A DNA stretch of 64,000 nucleotides from Polyangiales bacterium (GTDB lineage Bacteria; Myxococcota_A; Polyangia; Polyangiales; Polyangiaceae). The stretch's first letter is position 1; each line of letters opens with the position of its first letter. The notes beneath the pieces are model-generated. The model was not told the DNA's origin, ran no database searches, and was given only the letters and a program-made list of their open reading frames with translations. Below, one piece after another: positions 59,602 to 64,000 of the stretch. The DNA lies in contig JBBRLQ010000011.1 in NCBI GenBank assembly GCA_038231275.1, forward strand, positions 166,494 through 230,493. Direction: 5' to 3'. Made by a program: the position numbers and the translations under genes.

Positions 59602-61770
59602 ATGGTCGACTCCGTGGTCCAGCTTCCGCGCGGCGGGATCTACGTGCGCACGAGCGCGGGGCCGGTGCAGTTCGGCATCCCGCCGGAGACGATCAAGGAC
59701 GGCATGGCCCTCGGCCTCGACGTGCCGGTGGCGTACGTCGTCCCTCACGAGCTCTTCGATCGCCGTCGCGGCATCTCCGTCGCCGAGTTCGAGTTCCCTG
59801 CATACTACAACTTCTTCCTCCTGAAGCGCCGCGCGCGCCTGGTCGTCGAGAGCGACGCCGTCGAGCAGCGCATCCGCGGCGTCTTCCAGGAGACGCTGTT
59901 CGGTCCCGTGAAGCCCCCCGACGAGCGCGAGTTCGACGAGGGCTACCCCGACGGCGCGCGCCCCGACTTCCAGCGGGAGAGCGACTACTTTCGCCGCCGC
60001 GCCGACGGGTCGCGCACCGAGGTCGACGATCTCGTCGAGTTCGTCCACTACGACGGCCGCCGGTTCGCGCGCCTGAGCGACGCGGTCACCATCGAGCGTC
60101 GCGACGACGGCTACGTGGTGCGCGACGGCCCCGAGGAGATTGCATGGCCTCCGCTCGCCGTCTCGCTGCGCGGGCGTAACGAGGAGGACGACGGCACCAG
60201 CAAGGTCTTCCGCCCGCCGGCGTTCGGCATCACGGTGCTCGGCGCGAGCCACGGGTTCGATCCGGCCGGCAAGACCACCGGCTTCATGCTGTGGATGGGC
60301 GGCCGCGCGCTCCTGGTCGACCCTCCCATCGACTCGACCGAGTACCTTCGCGCCCGCGGCGTCGCCCCGAAGCAGATCGACGGCGTCATCCTCACCCACT
60401 GCCACGCCGACCACGACGCCGGCACCTTCCAGAAGCTCCTCGAAGAAACCCAGATCGAGCTCTTCACGACGCCGCACATCCTCGGATCGTTCCTCCGCAA
60501 ATACAGCGCGCTTTCGGGCCTCAAGGAGGACCTGCTCCGGCGCACGTTCCATTTCCATCCGGTGCGCATCGGCTCGCCGGTGCACGTGCGCGGCGGCGAG
60601 CTGTGGTTCCGTTACACCCTCCACTCGATCCCGACCGTCCGCTTCGAGGCGTTCTACGGCGGCCAGAGCCTCGCCGTCAGCGCCGACACGCTCTACGATC
60701 CGGAGCGCATCGAGAAGCTGTTCGACGCCGGCACCATCCGCCGCGCGCGCCGTGACGAGCTCCTCCGCTTCGGCGGCCACCACAGCGCGATCCTCCACGA
60801 AGCGGGGATCGCGCCGCTGCACACGCCGACGACCGCGCTCGCAGCGTTGCCGGAGGACGTGAAGAAGCGCCTGTGGCTCGTCCACATCGCGAGCAAGGAC
60901 GTGCCGAAGGACGTCGGGCTGCGTCCCGCGAAGGTCGGCCTCGAGCACACGATCCGCATCGACGTCGCCGAGCCGCGCTTCGCGGAGGCGATGGCGCTCC
61001 TCGACGTGTTCTCGATGGTCGATTTTCTCCGCGATTTGCCGCTCTCTCGCGCGCGCGCGCTCCTCCAGGCCGCGCACCAGATCTCGCTCCCGGCCGGCGA
61101 GAAGGTCGTCGAGGAGGGCACGCGAGGGGACAGCTTTTACGTCATCGTTCGCGGCAACGTGACGGTCATCCGCGACGGCCGCACCGTGAAGGTCTACGGC
61201 GCAGGCGACTATTTCGGCGAGACGGCGCTCATCCTCGATCAGCCGCGCAGCGCCGACGTCGTCGCCAAGACCCCTGTCGATCTCGTCGTCATCGATCGCG
61301 GCGACTTCATGGCGGCCCTCCGCGGCACGAGCACGCTGCGTCGCCTCGAGAACCTCGCGCGCCTCCGCAACGAGGGAGCGTGGGAGCTGATGGAAGTGAA
61401 CACGGTGCTCTCGCGCTTCACGAGCGCGCAGAAGACGCAGCTCCAGAGCTACCTCGTGCCGCACGACGCGCTCGCGAACGAGGTCCTCTGGGCCGACGGA
61501 GAGACGCCGCGGCGCGCGTACCTGGTGGACGACGCGACGATCACGATCGATCTCGCGCTGGGCAGCACCGAGGAGCCCGTGCACCCGTTCGGCGCCGGAT
61601 CCCTCGTCGGCGAATTCGACGCGCTGCGCCTGGGCACTCCTGCGCGGACGGTCGCGCGCGTCGCCGACGCCGGGAAGCTCTTCGCGATCGAAGCGAAGGA
61701 TCTCGTGCATTTCTTCGACGAAAACCCGGGCGTGCTCCTGTCCTTTTTTGGCGCCCGTTTCGTGGAGTGA
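59602..61770 (+). CDS. Metallo-beta-lactamase-fold phosphodiesterase with two cNMP-binding domains
   Basis: GIPPETIKD; EFPAYYNFF; GASHGFD; THCHADHDAG; HSIP; SADT; HEAG..PLHT; EGTRGDSFYVI..G; FGETAL....RSA. Confidence 0.85.
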   Translation: MVDSVVQLPRGGIYVRTSAGPVQFGIPPETIKDGMALGLDVPVAYVVPHELFDRRRGISVAEFEFPAYYNFFLLKRRARLVVESDAVEQRIRGVFQETLFGPVKPPDEREFDEGYPDGARPDFQRESDYFRRRADGSRTEVDDLVEFVHYDGRRFARLSDAVTIERRDDGYVVRDGPEEIAWPPLAVSLRGRNEEDDGTSKVFRPPAFGITVLGASHGFDPAGKTTGFMLWMGGRALLVDPPIDSTEYLRARGVAPKQIDGVILTHCHADHDAGTFQKLLEETQIELFTTPHILGSFLRKYSALSGLKEDLLRRTFHFHPVRIGSPVHVRGGELWFRYTLHSIPTVRFEAFYGGQSLAVSADTLYDPERIEKLFDAGTIRRARRDELLRFGGHHSAILHEAGIAPLHTPTTALAALPEDVKKRLWLVHIASKDVPKDVGLRPAKVGLEHTIRIDVAEPRFAEAMALLDVFSMVDFLRDLPLSRARALLQAAHQISLPAGEKVVEEGTRGDSFYVIVRGNVTVIRDGRTVKVYGAGDYFGETALILDQPRSADVVAKTPVDLVVIDRGDFMAALRGTSTLRRLENLARLRNEGAWELMEVNTVLSRFTSAQKTQLQSYLVPHDALANEVLWADGETPRRAYLVDDATITIDLALGSTEEPVHPFGAGSLVGEFDALRLGTPARTVARVADAGKLFAIEAKDLVHFFDENPGVLLSFFGARFVE

Positions 61771-61789
61771 GCGCGCTCGCCGATCAGGA

Positions 61790-63268
61790 TCAAAAGAGGT
61801 AGAAGCCCGACAGCTGAAGGCGATGGTTGATCGCGTGAGTCCCGTCGACGTAGCGATCGTTGAAGTTCGCGTACTCGAGCCCGAAGCGCATCGCGGTGGT
61901 GGCGTCGGCGAAGAGGTTCACGTCGAACCAGTCGATCGAGTCGCGCGCCTTGGCGGCGGTGCCGTAGTTCTTCGTGTTGGCGGACTGAAGGTGCGAGTAG
62001 TTGGCGCTCAGCCACATCCGCCCGTCGAGGCCCGGTAGGTAGTACTGCACGCCGACGAGCATGCTCGTCCACTGGATGAAGTGCAGGACGCCGTCGGCGT
62101 CGTACACGGCGATCGAAGGATCGACGCCGGGCGTGTACGTCGGCGCGGGATTGACGTTGGTGGGATTGGGCAGCGTCGGATTTGCGACGCCGCCGTTGAG
62201 GCCGGTGTAGAGATCGGCGACGCCGTAGCCGGTCGAGACCTCGCCGTTCAAGGAGAGCGAGTTGCCCATCTTCTCTTTCGAGCCGGGGAGCACCGGGATG
62301 AACGCGTCGACGGCGACGGCGCTGGCCGCGCGATCCTTGCTGTCTTTCGGCGCGGCCGTGAACTCCGGCACGCGAACGCGTCGCACGTCGCCGGTCACGG
62401 CGATCGACAAGGGAGCGATCTGGGTCGAGGTCGAGCCCGCCGTCTGCACGCCGGTCCAGTCGTTGAAGGCGAGTCGGAGCCCTGCTTGCCCTTCCGGGAC
62501 GCCGGCGTCACGCTGCGGCGGGCGCATCGCCGCGATCGCGGCCTCGAACGTGACGTGCTGGGTCTTGATCGTCTTGGACACGCGAACCTGCGCGGTGCGC
62601 GAGTAGATCTGGCCTGGCACGCCTTGGATCTCGACGGTGTTCGGGTGGTACGCCGACTGCCACCCGTAGAGCTGCCAGTACTGACCGATGAGCAGGTCCA
62701 CGATCGGCGTCTCGAGCTTCACGAAGGCGTGGCGCGCGCGGAAGGTGGCGTTCGTGAAGTTCGCGCCCTCGGAGCCGAGGTACGGCTGGCCGGTGCCGAT
62801 GGGCAGCTGCGTGCCGAGAAAATCCATCTCGAGCTGGGCGCTGGCGCGGATGCCGGCGACCTCGGGGGCCTTGCTGCGGAGTCCGATGCGCGAGTTTCGG
62901 ATCGTAAAGGTGACGCGATCGTGATCGCCACCGTAGGTGCCGGGGCGGGCGATTTGGCCGTTGCCGGCGCTCTCGCCGAGGCTCTGCGTGGAGTCGTAGA
63001 TCTGATCGGCCTCGACGAAGCCGTAGAGGGTCGTCGCCCACTTGCCGACGACGAGCGTGTTCGCGTCGGGCGCCTTGGCGCCGCTGGTGTCGCCGATGTC
63101 CTTTACGGCGCTGTCGTATTCGTCGGGGGTGATGACCTGCTTGTCGCGCAGGATCCGCAGCGTCGTGAGCTCGACGGCGGGCTTGGGCTCGTCGGCCAAA
63201 GCGGAGGAGGCGGACGAGACGATGGCGGTGGAGGCGAGGACGAGGAGGGCGATTGCGTGTTGGCGCAT
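61790..63268 (-). CDS. Outer-membrane beta-barrel/porin (DcaP-like)
   Basis: Signal peptide (ALA-D); LYGFVEAD; NSRIG; LEMDF; R.RHAF; GQYW; C-terminal beta-signal ...SGFYLF. Confidence 0.7.
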   Translation of the reverse strand: MRQHAIALLVLASTAIVSSASSALADEPKPAVELTTLRILRDKQVITPDEYDSAVKDIGDTSGAKAPDANTLVVGKWATTLYGFVEADQIYDSTQSLGESAGNGQIARPGTYGGDHDRVTFTIRNSRIGLRSKAPEVAGIRASAQLEMDFLGTQLPIGTGQPYLGSEGANFTNATFRARHAFVKLETPIVDLLIGQYWQLYGWQSAYHPNTVEIQGVPGQIYSRTAQVRVSKTIKTQHVTFEAAIAAMRPPQRDAGVPEGQAGLRLAFNDWTGVQTAGSTSTQIAPLSIAVTGDVRRVRVPEFTAAPKDSKDRAASAVAVDAFIPVLPGSKEKMGNSLSLNGEVSTGYGVADLYTGLNGGVANPTLPNPTNVNPAPTYTPGVDPSIAVYDADGVLHFIQWTSMLVGVQYYLPGLDGRMWLSANYSHLQSANTKNYGTAAKARDSIDWFDVNLFADATTAMRFGLEYANFNDRYVDGTHAINHRLQLSGFYLF

Positions 63269-63418
63269 GGGGCGCACTTTGGGATGCGCGCGTGGTGTCC
63301 ACGTGGCGCGAACGCGTCATTTGTGTGGCGACCGCCGATTCCGGCGTCACGCGTCCGTCACCGAGGTCACCGCGAGCGTGCCGTCAGGACCGTTCCATAC
63401 TCTACGCTTCGCTCCACC

Positions 63419-63871
63419 TCAGCGGCAGATGCCCTTGGTTCCCGTTCCGTCGCAGAGGTTGCTCGGCGCCTGCTCGCAGAGCACCTTCGTGCAATCGGCG
63501 GGGCCGCACTTGGTCTGGTAGTCGCTGACGGCGTGCTGAAAGTCGTTCACCGCTTGGGTGCTGCCGATGCCGACGGTGATCTGGCAGCAGATCCCGTCGG
63601 CGGCGGCGTTGCATTCGTTCGCGCCCTGCGGGTTGCACGCGCGCGCGGCGAGGCCGAACGCATTGACCTGCGCGCGGAGCTGGTCGCACGCAGAGCCGGC
63701 GTCCGCGGCGTCGACGTCGCTCGCGTCGGGGGGAGGGAAGCCGCTGCCGCCCTCGTGCGCGTCTTGGGGCGCGTCGGCGGCGGCGTCGGTGGCCGTCGGC
63801 GATCCTGGACGCGATGCGCCGCACCCCGCCAGCACGGTCATGGCGACCGCAAGCGTGAGCGTCGCTCTCAC
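63419..63871 (-). CDS. Small Cys-rich lipoprotein
   Basis: Lipobox LAGC; DA-rich linker; Cys-rich domain; GTGA overlap with the upstream stop. Confidence 0.65.
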   Translation of the reverse strand: MRATLTLAVAMTVLAGCGASRPGSPTATDAAADAPQDAHEGGSGFPPPDASDVDAADAGSACDQLRAQVNAFGLAARACNPQGANECNAAADGICCQITVGIGSTQAVNDFQHAVSDYQTKCGPADCTKVLCEQAPSNLCDGTGTKGICR

Positions 63872-64000
63872 GGGTTTGCCTTCACCCAGCCGATGACGGA
63901 CGCGAGGCCTTCCTCGAGCGGCACGCGAGGGGACCACCCGAGCTCGTCCCTCGCGCGGCTCACGTCGGCGAAGGTGGCGTCGACGTCGCCGGGAGGGACC
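63868..64000 (-). CDS. NAD-dependent sugar epimerase/dehydratase, C-terminal fragment (window edge)
   Basis: Minus strand reads VPPGDVDATFADVSRARDELGWSPRVPLEEGLASVIGWVKANP*. Confidence 0.8.
   Translation of the reverse strand, partial: VPPGDVDATFADVSRARDELGWSPRVPLEEGLASVIGWVKANP

Overview
Very GC-rich, gene-dense chromosomal window. Gene content points to a myxobacterium, probably of the Polyangiales (Labilithrix/Sorangium-like); this is inferred from MYXO-CTERM-like tails, a PEGA-type Ser/Thr kinase, many Cys-rich lipoproteins and sigma54 promoters. About 59 CDS are supported. Housekeeping genes are dnaE, rlmB, pyrF, udgB and a type II glutamine synthetase. Other loci include a SWIM-SNF2 helicase followed by a TerB-like gene, a glycosyltransferase/MurJ-like/deacetylase/MMPL envelope cluster, an ECF sigma/FecR pair, a TetR-controlled ADC/SDR/SDR unit, and a metallo-beta-lactamase-fold phosphodiesterase with two cNMP domains. 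The best candidate for an undescribed system is the tightly coupled minus-strand operon at 14112-21318: a trypsin-like lipoprotease, an orphan type-III-secretion ring lipoprotein (SctJ/EscJ family), and an MCE/Mla transporter with two permeases and two ATPases whose motifs are complementarily degenerate, predicting an asymmetric one-active-site heterodimer. Several structured or palindromic intergenic elements were also found. I saw no rRNA, tRNA, CRISPR array, IS or prophage. All product calls come from motif recognition by eye, not database searches.
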